64,000 bases of DNA, taken from positions 4,432,941 through 4,496,940 of the forward strand of contig JBNZDD010013704.1 in NCBI GenBank assembly GCA_050575255.1, written 5' to 3'. The position numbers and the translations under genes are program-made. A model generated the notes under the pieces. It worked only from the letters and a program-made list of their open reading frames with translations. It did no database searches and was not told the DNA's origin. Of the stretch, positions 41,252 to 53,670 are shown in pieces. Each line of letters begins with the position of its first letter. Position 1 is the first letter of the stretch. The DNA is from Harriotta raleighana. Its lineage: Eukaryota.

Positions 41252-41576
41252 AATAATATTAATAATCCATGCATTTGATATAGCGCTTTTCACATCTTAT
41301 CGACATTTCAAAACGCTTCACAGAATATACTATAAAGTGAATCGACTGTATATTTGTGGGAAAAACATGGCAGCTAATTGTGCACAGCAGTGTCCCACAC
41401 ACAGTCGTGGATTGAAATGACCAATTTTATTATTGTGTGTTTTTTTGTAGGGATTATTATTAGGCGCGTGTGGAATAAGGAAACTTCCCCAAGGTTTTGC
41501 ACTGATCTGCCTGGATTTGAAACACAGGTCTCACACTTGTAAAGTGAGTGCTCTAACCACTGAGCTAAAGGAGCTC
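41252..41576 (-). mobile_element. SINE family A, full length
   Basis: tRNA-like head, core and (AAT)n tail. Confidence 0.88.
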
Positions 41577-44017
41577 TATAATGGCAAAATCCTAAAGATT
41601 GTGAACATTAAGCATATCTTTTTGCTGTGCTAAGGCAGCAGACTCTAGATGGAATTCTTTGTCAGTAAATATTGCAACTAGGGAATGAGAGGGTCACTTC
41701 CAAATTGTATGTAATTGGGGAAGTCATGATATACGCTGATGTGCTGTACGCTGTGCGTTGTATGTTGAGAACTATGTTGGGACGTCCTCCTGACATGAAA
41801 GGCACTCTACAAATATAATTTTGTTATTGTTGTATTTCTGCACCTCTTGCTGCCAGCCAGGAATTATTGGTACCTACTGTAACTTGGTGAGGGCTCAAAC
41901 CTGCATTTGTCAGATGNCGACATGAAAGGCACTCTACAAATATAATTTTGTTGTTGTTGTATTTCTGCACCTCTTGCTGCCAGCCAGGAATTCTTGGTAC
42001 CTACTGTAACTTGGTGAGGTACTTGGTACCTACTGTAACTTGGTGAGGGCTCAAACCTGCATTTGTCAGATGTCTTAGTGGATTAGTGAGTATCTTCCTT
42101 GGAAGGGGAGGAAGAAAATAAAACACTATCAAGAAAATTCACCTTTTTAGGTAAATTGGTTTCAAAGCGGAAGATTGGAGTCAAGTTATACTCTAGTGAT
42201 GATGGTAACTTAATACCGGAGCCAAGAGAGTACAGTGCGTGTTTGTGACAGGGTATGCTTGTGCGTGTGTGTGGGAGGTGGGCTTTGTGTGGGGGAGAGG
42301 ACATGTGAGGGAATGTGTGTGTGCGTGTGTGTTGGGGGGTGGGGGAGTCGGGGCTTTGTGCAGGGGAAAAGGACGTGTGAGGGAAAGTGTGATTATGTGT
42401 GAGTGTGTGTAGGGTGGGGGGGTGGAAGTGTATGTGTGGGTGGATACAGTCAGTGCGATTAAATGTTACAAGTGGGCATTGCTGTGCAGCCCAGACAACA
42501 GCTGATTGTTGAGATGAGAATTGAAATAGAGACAAATTGTTATTCCAAACTGTATTCACTGACAATCAATTTTGATCCGTGGGAGTGGACGACATAAGCT
42601 AAGAAATATTCTTTGCTTGTAAGTATTCCAGTGCTGTTACAGGTAAGCAAGGCATGGAGCAGGAACAAGTCTCTTTGTCACAAAAGTTCTTCCAGTATGT
42701 TACATTACATTACACTGCCTGATAATCAACGTATTAGGATAATAGAGTTCCTCTTGTAGAAACTTTTTAAAAAACTTGTAAAGTGGCCAATATAGAGTTA
42801 AAGATTCAGATTCAATTGTGAATCCAGACAGTCGGAGCTGTGTCTTGCTGATGGCCTGAACTATCGAGATGATTTCTGGCAGATTCAGACTGAGTTTAAC
42901 CTATAGCCGATATGAGTCGACAGAATGAAGTGGTACCCTGGCCAGTAATAACAACACTCATAAGCTTAAATTGAATGTGCAGAGTTTAGCAATGTGACTG
43001 GTTGGGATCAGCTCTTAGTATTAGCCAGATCATTAGAGAGATGTCAAGTTGATGGGATCCACTTTCCCTGAAGGAGTGAAGCACTGGTTCCATTCACACA
43101 AAACCCCGAGAGGTTAGAGATCAACAAGAAAGGAAGAACTTGAATGGTATAAAGCACAATCACATCAAAATGTTTCAAAGCGCTTTACAGCAATTATTGT
43201 CAAGTTACATTCCCCATAGTCAGGTCCTATGCAATTTTTATTCCATTTATTCTTTATGGAATTAAAAATTCTTATCATGTGGGTCATACCCTTCTTGCTG
43301 TTGGCAAGTACAAAACACGGAGAAACTTACAACTAGTCTCACACAGAATAATTGCAAGTGGTCTAACTGCTCAGCTATGGCGGAATGTATTTTGATGACA
43401 TTGAATCCAAATTGTCCAACCTTAGAAAAATATTCAGAAGTTTTGTCCAATTTTTGTTTTATAAAATTACAAATGGAGCTTTCCTCTAAACCAAAGTAGC
43501 AAATCTCTGACACATACAAGTCCTGTGGACTATATTCTGAGAAGCCTACTGTGAATTGCTGTCTGCCATTGTACAGTAGGCTCAGCATTTAAATAATTAA
43601 AACCAGAATATCACCAACACCCAAACTTTGCAGCGGCTTCCAAAATATTTTCACTACTGAGACTGGTCTGGCTTCACTATTCATAGCCTCCCAAAATTCC
43701 CACATAATGATAATAATGGGATGTCCTCCCGATTTGAAAGGTGCTCTAAAAATATGATTTTGTTGTTATTGTAATAACCCTTGTATTTAATATAGCGCTT
43801 TGTAAGTCTTCTAGACATCTCAAACCGCTTCACAGACTATATTGTAAAGTGAATTGACTGTACATAGTTAAGATAGATTTAGTATTTCGGACTATATATA
43901 TTCGCATTTAGTGAAACCATTTGTTTTTCCCCCCAAATGAGAGACTTGTCATTTCTTTGATGGACCACTCTTTTAATACAAGTCTTTGTTGGCTGCATCC
44001 TCTATTATTGGGTAATA

Positions 44018-44422
44018 CAGGTGGACCCCGCTTAAAGTCGTAGTTTGGTTCTTGAAAAGTGCGACTTTAAGCAAAACGACGTTAACCCAATACATTTTTC
44101 GCAAAAGAATGAATGTAAAAACTAGAGTTAGGTTCTTTTGGGTATTTTTTTTCAATTTAAAAAAACAACATAATATTCGCTCGCTGACTTACTCACTCGC
44201 TCCCTGACTGCCTGCCCGGTTCACTCACTCGCTGCCGGTCTCACTTGCTGCCAGCCTGGCTCTCTCTCTGGCTCACTCCCAGGTCCTAGCATCATCGTGC
44301 CCCATTTCCACCCGGGCGAACGACGTAATAGCGAACATCCCAACGCTGAATGAATATATGTTCCCAATGTATCAGCAACATAATAACAAAATAACAAAGC
44401 AACGTTAAGCGGGGTCTACCTG
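44018..44422 (+). mobile_element. Second Tigger-like MITE family
   Basis: TA|CAGGTGGACCCCGCTTAA ... TTAAGCGGGGTCTACCTG|TA, TIRs matching at 17 of 18 positions. Confidence 0.88.
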
Positions 44423-44791
44423 TACTCGTTCAATTTCCAAATAGTGTGCAGAATGTGGACTAAATGTGATGTTCCCAAACCAATATAATGGATTTAATTA
44501 ATATTGGCTTGCAATTCAGGATTGGAAATTTCAGTGCCACTTCACAGGGACACTAGCTTAACTCACATTGAATTAAATGGGTATTCTGCGACACGTAGCT
44601 ATAATGGTTTGCTATCACAACAACAATGGAAGCACTGAAATGTTCAGATTAGCTTCACACCCAACCACAGGGCTAGTGGGTCAGAGAAAAAAACGGGAGA
44701 GCGTGAGCGTCTCGCCGTAATTGAATCTCTGAATCATTACCAAATGTAATTATTAGTATCATTATTGTTGAACAATAAGAATCTGTCACAT

Positions 44792-45540
44792 GGAGTCCTG
44801 TAGCTCAACAGCTACAGCACTCGCCTTGCAAGGAAGAGACCTAGGATCGATTCCCAGCAGGACGAACTGTTACGCAAGTTCCGTAACTCCACATGCCTCT
44901 GTTTACCTATAACAACAAAATTACATTGATAGAGCGCCTTTCACGTCAGGAGGAGTTGCTTACCTAGCTGTAAGTAGGAACCCAGTTGTTAGTTGATTGG
45001 TGGATTGCTTTTTCGGGGGTTGCAATTTGTTTTTAAAAATTGGTCACTTAATCCACGACTGTTTAATAATAATAATAATCCTTGCATTTGATATAGCGCT
45101 TTTCACATCTTATCGATGTCCCAAAGCGCTTCACAGAATATACTGTAAAGTGAATTGACTGTATATTTCTGGGCACAATGCAGCAGCCAATTGCGCACAG
45201 CAGCGTCCCACAAACAGTCATGGATTGAAATGACCAATTTTATTATTGTTGTATTTTTGGAGGGATTATTATTAGGCATGTGGAGTAAGGAAACTTGCCC
45301 AAGGTTTCGCCCTGATCTGCCGGGATTCGAACACAGGTCTCATGCTTATAAGACAAGTGCTCTAACCACTAAGCCACAGGAGCTCCAAAGTGTTTGTGGG
45401 CACTGCTGTGCACAATTGGCTGCTGCTTTTTGCCCCCCAAATATACAGTCAATTCACTTTACAGTATATTCTGTGAAGCATTTTGAGATGTCTCAGAGAC
45501 ATGATAAGGCGCTTAGTAAAATTCAAGGATTATTATTATT
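44792..45540 (+). mobile_element. Older SINE with a nested L2 tail (44910-44959, -) and a nested full-length SINE A (45065-45386, -)
   Basis: The host SINE becomes continuous when both inserts are removed; TTACCTA and TGTTT are duplicated at the junctions. Confidence 0.85.
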
Positions 45541-45801
45541 TAATAAATTGAAATGCCTCAGTTCTGACCTCAACAAAATATTTAATGTCAGAGCTAATGA
45601 AACTGAATTTTTAAGGAGCTTAAATTATTCTCCCAAATAAAGGATATTGCCAGATTACAAAAGTCGAAAACATTGATTAATAATAATACTTGCATTTGAT
45701 ACTACTGTGTACTACATAAAAAGGAAAATAGTGGCTAAAGCCCACAGGCTAGGCAAATCCACTCCCAACTCTACTCCATTCATCATTTGTAAAGCTAACT
45801 A

Positions 45802-46389
45802 CAGTAAAACCCCGTTTATCTGGCACGCTCGGGGGGTCGACTAATTGACGGTGCTGGATAAACGGGGGACATGTTGCCGAAAATCCAACATAAAAAATTT
45901 ACTTAATTTTAAAACATACCATGTTAATAATACACTACATAGTAACAGAATGCCTAATAATAATCCCTCCAAAAAAAACACAATAATAAAATTGGTCATT
46001 TCAATCCATGACTGTTTGTGGGACGCTGCTGTGCGCATTTGGCTGCCGCATTCCGCCCACAAATATACAGTCAATTCACTTTACAGTATATTCGGTGAAG
46101 CGCTTTGGGACGTCGATAAAATGTGAAAAGTGCTATATCAAATGCAAGGATTATATTATTATTATTATAAAATATTGTATGGATACTTACCAATGAAGCA
46201 TTCACCGTCGGGAAAAAAATAGGCAAAATCAATCGGTTAAAAAACCCAAATTCGTAAATTTAATAAGTGCGCATGAGCACGCATTGCACAAAGTGAGCAA
46301 ACTCGCGATTCCTGGAATGGGGAATTGCCCCGGGAGGGGGGGGTCGAGCAATCCGGTTGATCGGGTCACGGAGAAACAAGGTTTTACTG
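45802..46389 (+). mobile_element. Tc1/mariner-type MITE with a nested 5'-truncated SINE A (about 45951-46167)
   Basis: TA|CAGTAAAACCCCGTTTATC ... AAACAAGGTTTTACTG|TA; the SINE splits the acagaa|tattgtat motif seen intact in other MITE copies. Confidence 0.85.
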
Positions 46390-47085
46390 TACTACAGAAT
46401 GCACAGTCACTAAACCATAGAATATATATGTGAAGTGCTTTGAGACATCTTAACATGAAAGGCATAATATCAAATGTAAGGATTTTTATGGGTTTGAAAG
46501 AGGCTAATCCAAATATTATCTGGATGACACAATGCTCAGTTATATGACTGATTCCATTATGTCTATAGCTAGCATCATGAAACTTGCTTACAAAACAGAT
46601 GAAAGAATATCATTAAACTTGACACTATCATTCGATTAAAATAACAGCATCATTGTACAGAACACAATTTTTGTGTCCCACAATTTAGAAGATACACTTA
46701 CTGTTTAACAGTACTGTTCTGATCTTAATATAAAGTTAATGCAATGATAGTATTTTGAAAGACTTGGAAATAATAATAACATTAAGATCTGGTATGATAA
46801 CAAACCTGGCTGGCCTGCAATCCCTTTTAACAAATGACCCAATTTGTACTGAAACATCAGTTCACTGTAGTTTTTGACCAAGTGTCTTACAAAGTACATC
46901 CCTCCCTATCTGCTATCAGTACAGAGCAACAATATCAGTCAAATGTGACAATGGACCATTTGGAGTTCAACCATTAATTTTCTATTCACTCAAGGTGAAA
47001 GAAACGACTAAGTTATCAATGTTATGAATGCTTGCATTTGGTCTGAAGTGTCCTGGATGGAGTTAACAGCACACAAATTACTTAC

Positions 47086-47362
47086 TGTGTTCTTTTCCTT
47101 GTCCTGCAATGGTACAGACACTGGCTTGTGGAGTGACAGGCATCAGAGCCTGGCGGATGGCCTTCTCCCAGCTCCGACCAATATCTATTCCCACTCCTGA
47201 GGCAGCCAGGGCAGGATTCTGATAGTTGCCTCCAAGATTCTCTCCAACATAATAGACCATGGTGTCCGTAATGATCTCAAAACAGTGTGGGTTGCTGCCT
47301 TGAGCCAGACTTGTGAAATCCCGAGATGGATCTAACTGTAGGATTTCTGACAGTGGGATTTC
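47086..47362 (-). CDS. PRKD3: PRKD3 exon EIPLSEILQLDPSRDFTSLAQGSNPHCFEIITDTMVYYVGEN...WEKAIRQALMPVTPQASVCTIAGQGKEH (PH domain C-terminal part); earlier exons lie outside the window
   Basis: ccctcag acceptor and A|gtaag donor; 277 nt. The nine exons sum to 1299 nt, or 432 aa plus stop, with no internal stops. Confidence 0.96.
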
Positions 47363-49129
47363 CTGAGGGAGAAAAGAAAGCAAAACGCTTGCCTTAGAAA
47401 ATGTTTTAGACATTTAAGAATGGACATTCAAAGCTTGCTTGATGTGCTCTACAAATGAAGGCCAGAGACACATTCTGTCTTATTGTTCACCTTTGAGCAT
47501 CTGCATAGCATGTTTAGCCAATAAGGTTTGATCATTTTCTTGACTTCCTGAACACTCACAGTTTGAAATTACAATGAAGCCTGGTGGTTAAACTCTGAGA
47601 CAGATGCCGCCAAGATACAAGCACTTAGCTATAATTAGAGGCAATGCTTTAGGCTTTCACAAACAGCTACCAGGCAGAAACGTTTTACATCAGCCCAGAC
47701 AACAGACTTTAGCTGACTGAAGAGGCTGATATGAAACCTGCATCTCCCCATAAATAATTAACTGGGGAAATCCCTACAAGGACAGAGGTAAACTTTGGTA
47801 AAATCCCATGCAAAAAGTCTGTCAATTATAAAAGCGCACATGAAATGTATCAAAATAAAAGCAAAAGCAGAATGTCAAATGCAAATTTAAAATAAAGCAG
47901 TAGTTCAGTATCACTTTCTCATATTACCAGATAGGTTGGTAATACTTGTGTGTAAAAGCGCCATCAAAGATTTTAAGGGGAATACATGGAAATAATGATA
48001 TTAGAACACAAAATGACCTTTGTGAAGGAAGTAATAGCTAACCATTCACATGATACATACTGTATAAATGAACTTTGATAGTCTATCGCAGAATTTACTA
48101 CTAAGTGTGAAAGTCCCAGTTCAAAGGCAAGTGTGAAAGATCCTTAGAGCAGCAAAGAAGCTAGTATTATTTGTCTGCTTCTTGATTTGGATTTACAATT
48201 TTCCTGATGTCATTTTCACTGCAAATGTTGGAAATATGTTGGAAATATTAAAATTAGACCCCATTGAACTAATTGCTACACTTTAAAAAAAAATCAATTT
48301 GTGATATTTCCACTGATTAAAGTAGACCATTGGTACAAAGTCACAATATAGAGCATTTAAATACAGTCTCCAAATAGGTGGCTCAGACACAACCGTGACT
48401 GCAAAGCTTTATACTGTACTTATCGACCCCGAGCTTAGTAACATCACAAAGTGACTGCTGTGTTCATGTGGCCCTGACACTTCACAGCAGAAATCTGTGA
48501 AGGTTTGATTCGGGGGTTGAATGAGATATGTATAATATCAACACTGGTTTGGGGCTTGATGTGCAGATATGACTGTCTCAAAATTCACAAACACATACTC
48601 ACACTGTTACTAATCTCTGGCCATCGGTCCTTTGACATTTATTTGTGCCGAGGTCAGGTAAATACCAACAGGACAATTTCCTACAGAGTACCAGCCAATA
48701 AAGCAACCGCAGAACTGTGATCTTTACTCCACATGCTGACATTCGGGCAGGAAGAAAGAAAGACAGTAACTGTAGAGTGAGATACCAGCTTTTAAGATGC
48801 CAAGAGACAGCAAAAGTAAAATCTAATACAAATTGGAAGGGATAATAATAGTAGCTACCATGTAGTAGGATAAAAGTTTTAATGTGTTGTGATTAGTAAT
48901 TGGACTTGTTAATTATATCAATCAGCTACATTTATTTAGCTTTTTCATAAAGAGTGGACACCTCATGGCACAGATAACTTAAAAGTGCATCACACACCAA
49001 ACTGTGAGTACTGTACTGTACATAGGATGCAAGAATAGGACACAAAGTACTTCATGGAGGGGATAGAATTAGTTAGTGAAGGAGGAAGCTGAAATAGATC
49101 TAGAGGTGAGATCTTGTTGCTCACTAAGT

Positions 49130-49690
49130 CAAAACAGTTTAAGGCAGCACTAAGCAAGGTAAACAGGATGCTGAGCTATATCACAGTTAGATCCTCAGAC
49201 ACTATACCCAGGCAGTGCAGTGCTCAGGTCAGACTACTCTGCGAATAGTATATAGATTTGTGTCCTTCCCGACAAAGGGGCTGTCCTGACCCTAAAGCCA
49301 GTGCAAAGCACCACATCGAGAATGACTCCCAGTGTTACACACAGGAACTATGACCAATGATTAGACAAACTAGGGCTCTTCAGTCTTGAGAGAAAATAAC
49401 TCAGGAGACCTCATAGAGGTGTATAACATTTTAAATGGGATTACAAGGCAAACCCAGATTAATACTTTATGGAACACCATAGCAGTTGAACAACATCTAT
49501 GAAGGGCAATTTCAGGACACTCACCAAGAAGGTTTTCTTTACTCGGGAGGGTAATTAACAACTGGAACAGATTGCTAGGAAGAGTGGTTGAAGTCAAGAC
49601 ACTGGACTTAATTAAAAAGTATCTTGGGTATTCTGGAGGTATGAGATCAGATGGGCTGATAGGCTTTCTTCATCCTAACCAATCTTCTGA
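49130..49690 (+). mobile_element. Highly decayed CR1 3' fragment
   Basis: Remnants aacaggatgctgagctatatc, ggagacctcatagaggtgtataa, gagggtaattaacaactggaacagattgc and agatgggctgataggc. Confidence 0.6.
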
Positions 49691-49961
49691 CATATTAGAC
49701 CCCTTTATATGATCCTAATCTCAATTGTGCCACAGTGGGGAAGTAATGAGTCACAAGAAAGGAGGGAAAACTCAAAACTAGCTGCTACAGACAGAGTTGA
49801 AGAGCCTCAGCAACAGGTAGGAGAAACCACCAGGGGATCCCTGACTGTCTAGCACCTTGAGAAGTCCTCCTGATGTGAAAGCCGCTGTACAAATGTAATT
49901 TGTTGTTGTTATAGCCCTGGAGACGGTGCGGGGGAGATGTACAGATGGATGGTGCATTGCA

Positions 49962-50376
49962 GGTATAATGCTTTATCACATCAGAAGGACATCTCAAACA
50001 GCTTTACTGGATTTACTGTGAAAAGAAGCAACTGTGTATTTGTGGATATACGAGGCAGCACAATTGCATATAGCAATGTCCCACAAACAGCCATGGAACA
50101 AATGACCAATTTTATTTGGATGACTGATGGTCAGGACACCGGGAGAACCTCCATTCCTTTTTTAAATAGTGCTGTGGGACCTTTAACATCCATCTGAAAA
50201 GGTAGCTGGGACCTTGATTGCACGTTTCATCCGATGATTGGCACCTCGGACAATGCACCTGCCAAACACTGCATTTGAGTGTCAGTTTAGACTATGTAGC
50301 TCAAGTCCCAATGTGGGATTTGAACCCACAACCTTCTGATTCAGAGGCGAGAGTGCTCCCACTGAGTCAAGCTGAC
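49962..50376 (-). mobile_element. DeuSINE (SacSINE1-like), full length
   Basis: Minus strand GTCAGCTTGACTCAGTGGGAGCACTCTCGCCTCTGAATCAGAAGGTTGTGGGTTCAAATCCCAC, then Deu domain and tail. Confidence 0.82.
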
Positions 50377-50846
50377 ATAAAACATAAGGGCAAGCATCAG
50401 CATGCACTGCCATTTCAAGTAGAACAGGAAACAATAACACAGTAGTTTGCAGTCAGCCAGTGAGAGGAGTTTTTTTTATTGGCTCTGAGTGAGATTTACC
50501 AGTTGGATGCCCATGGTTTCATGCTCACTACAATCTCGGTTTAGATTAGCAAAACACTCACTTAAGACTTCTGTAAACAGAGAGAGGAGACTTCAGACCT
50601 ATGGTCTGTCCCTGACATCATTCAAATCCAATACAGTATTATGGGGTGATTGTCTGTGCTCAGTTAGGTAAGGGATGCCAGTGCTGAGAATGAAACTCAT
50701 CTCTTGTTGAAGACGATAATGATAAATTTTGACCAGGTATACAGGGTGGCTTTTTTGCTGGCAATAGCAAACCTAACTCACAAAGTGTACAGTATTGGTT
50801 TTTGCAGAACTATAATTGAACCAGAAACCCTGTGTTAAAGGCAAGA

Positions 50847-51710
50847 ATCAGCAAGACGGAGGCCCTCCTGATTGGCTCACGTCAGCGCCTCCGCACCTCA
50901 GGCGCTGACAACATCAGCATTCAAGGCTGCTCTCTCCATCTCTCGAAGCCAGTTAGAAATCTGGGCGTCTTGTTCAACCCCGAACTGACCTTCTTCCCTC
51001 ATATCCGCTCCGTGACCGATACAATTTTCCACCACCTCCGCAATATTGCCAAACTCCGCCACTACCTCATCCCCACGCCGCCGAAACACTTATACACGCC
51101 TTCGTCACATCTAGACTCGACTATGGGAACTCTCTCCTTGTCGGCCTTCCCAGCTCCTCCCTTCACAGGCTGCAGAACATTCTGAATTCTGCAGCTCATA
51201 TACTCTCCCGCACTAGGCTCCGTGACCACATCATTCCCACCCTCGCCCATCTTCACTGCCTCCCCATCTCCCAGAGGATTGAATTCAAGATCCTCGTCCT
51301 CACCTTCAAGGCCATTCACAGCCTTGCCCTCGCCTATCTCTCTGACCTGCTGTCTCCCTATCAGCCTGCCCACACCCTCCGTTCAGCAGACTCAGGCCTG
51401 CTCCATGTCCACCGCCCTAACCGCCCAACCGTCGGTGGCCGGGCTTTCAGCCTCTCTGCCCCCACACTGTGGAACTCCATCCCGCAGCCCCTCCGCCTTG
51501 CTTCCTTCCTTTCTTCCTTCAAGGCCGGTCTCAAGACCTTCTTCTTCGACCGCGCCTTCGGCTCCCCCCCTAACTCTTCCACCTCTCCTTCCCCCCACCC
51601 CAACCCCCCCATCTCCCCCACTCGGGTCCCGACCTGACTGTTCAGCACTTTGAGACGTCCTCCCGATGTGAAAGGCGCTTTATAGGTGCAATTTTGTTGT
51701 TGTTGTTGTT
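50847..51710 (+). mobile_element. Young L2 LINE, 5'-truncated
   Basis: ISKTEALLIGSRQRLR...KPVRNLGVLF...FHHLRNIAKLR, an intact 3' UTR and a (GTT)n tail. Confidence 0.93.
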
Positions 51711-52408
51711 AATCAGTGAGAAATAAAAACATTTCAACAAATAGCAGCTCTCCTAGATGTTCTGCAGAGCTCTGTTTGAGCTGATACAGACAACACTTAT
51801 CACTACAACTGTCATTTAAAACAGACAATCATTGTTATTATTATTATTGTGATATCAGAATCATTACTTTTGTGTATTAGATTTTCTAATCCGCTAATGC
51901 GGAATTGATATTCAGAAATGATGGGTGGAGGGGGAACAGACGTCAGGGGGTCACACTGGATGATTAAAAAAAAATAGCAAGTGACTTAGATCTTAAAAGG
52001 CCAAGACAGTTGTGATTTACACACTCCATGCACACTGTTAAGAAAATCAAAAGGTTACAGGAATCAAACTAATGACTGGTCATTTTTCTCACACCAAACC
52101 ATTCTATGAATTTTGCTGGCACTCTCATTCCTGTCTGGTTGTTTAGTTCATGACATTTAATGCACTGTACATTCATTTTTAATTGTTCACTTTTCAAGTC
52201 CCTTTGCAACAAGTAAATAAATGAAATATCCCAGTCTACACTGTTGATACAGTAAAGTGTGCACTATCTGAACCTTCTAACCCACCCCCCATTCACAGCC
52301 CACAAATGCAGTTACATGAATGCAGTAGGGTTCTTTTAGAAACATATATATTTAAAATATAACTCCATTCATCTTTTTGATATAATTTCTCTGAGACCAT
52401 TTTTATTT

Positions 52409-52716
52409 GAGTCCTGTGGCTCAGTGGTTAGAGCACTCGCCTTGCAAGGAAGAGACCTGGATTCAATTCCAGGCAAGGCAAAACATTGGGCAAGTTTCTT
52501 TACTTCACACGCATGATAATAATCCCTTGGAAAAAAAACAAAAATAATGTGGTCATTTACAAATGACTGTGGGACGCTGCTGTGCGCAATTGGCTGCCGT
52601 GTTTCGCCCACAAATATACAGTCAATTCACTTTACAGTAAATTCTGTGAAGCGCTTCAAGATATCCAGAAGACGTGAAAAGCGCTATATCAAATACAAGG
52701 ATTATTATTATATTAT
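52409..52716 (+). mobile_element. SINE family A, full length
   Basis: GAGTCCTGTGGCTCAGTGGTTAGAGC A box, GGATTCAATTCC B box, core and (ATT)n tail. Confidence 0.9.
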
Positions 52717-53344
52717 CACAAATAATGGATTACTCACACTCCATTTGAATAGATTCCGCCTGTACTGGATCAAGCTACATTAATCCATCTTAATACATGT
52801 GCTTAATAGCTTTCTATTCAATAGTGATGGATGTTTAATGCCCTATTAGAATTACGATCACTGAATTATCAAATGACAAAACCACTATTAGTAATCAATA
52901 TCACCTTTTTGTGAATTTAGAGAAGTCTCTAACTTGCTTGGACACACCTTAAGTCAAGTTAATTGTAACATTATTGTGAATCAATAATCCATCCACAAAT
53001 AGCCTGAAAACCTCTGAGCATGTGAATTTTTAGTCTCAACAGAGATAGCTGACTGCTTCAAACAGAGATACAAATGCATGACAGGATTCAAGTTCTGTCA
53101 GCCAGAGACATTGACTTTATATATACATATATACATATATCTTTTAAAATAAGTTATTTGGGAGTGAATTTTACACCTTCGAATGGAACCCCTCTTTGAT
53201 CACATAAGGGTCAAATGTCTACAGGTAAATAAATGAAATATCCCAAAAGTTCATATCAGCTACCTTTAGGGCTACTTTAACTGCGACAGCCAATTTATGT
53301 TGATTTGCATCAATTCCAGGTTAATGAATGTTGGCATTGAGAAC

Positions 53345-53670
53345 AATAATAATAATAATAATCCTTTCATTTGATATCGCACTTTTCACATCTTATCGAT
53401 GTCCCAAAGCGCTTCACAGAATATACTGTAAAGTGAATTGACTGTATATTTGTGGGCGGAACGCGGCAGCCAATTGCGCACAGCAGCGTCCCACAAACAG
53501 TCATGGATTGAAATGACCAATTTTCTTATCGTGGTTTTTTTTGGAGGGATTATTATCAGGTGTGTGGAGTAAGGAAACTTGCCCAAGGTTTCGCCCTGAT
53601 CTGCCGGGATTCAAACACAGGTCTCATGCTTGTAAGTCGAGTGCTCTAACCACTGAGCCACAGGAGCTCC
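53345..53670 (-). mobile_element. SINE family A, full length, young
   Basis: Near-identical to the 45065-45386 copy. Confidence 0.92.

Noticed and set aside
42083-42565. His/Thr/Pro-rich 160-aa ORF
   Set aside because: It is a translation of a GT/CA-rich low-complexity tract.
42760-43130. Possible ancient SINE or conserved element (similar impression at 50480-50770)
   Set aside because: The resemblance is only vague, with no second copy, terminus or motif I could verify without a database search.
52409-52480. tRNA-Val/Ala-like sequences (also near 13003, 24282, 41576, 44792, 45386, 53670)
   Set aside because: They have A and B boxes but no proper acceptor stem and run directly into a shared SINE body and tail, so they are SINE heads, not tRNA genes.
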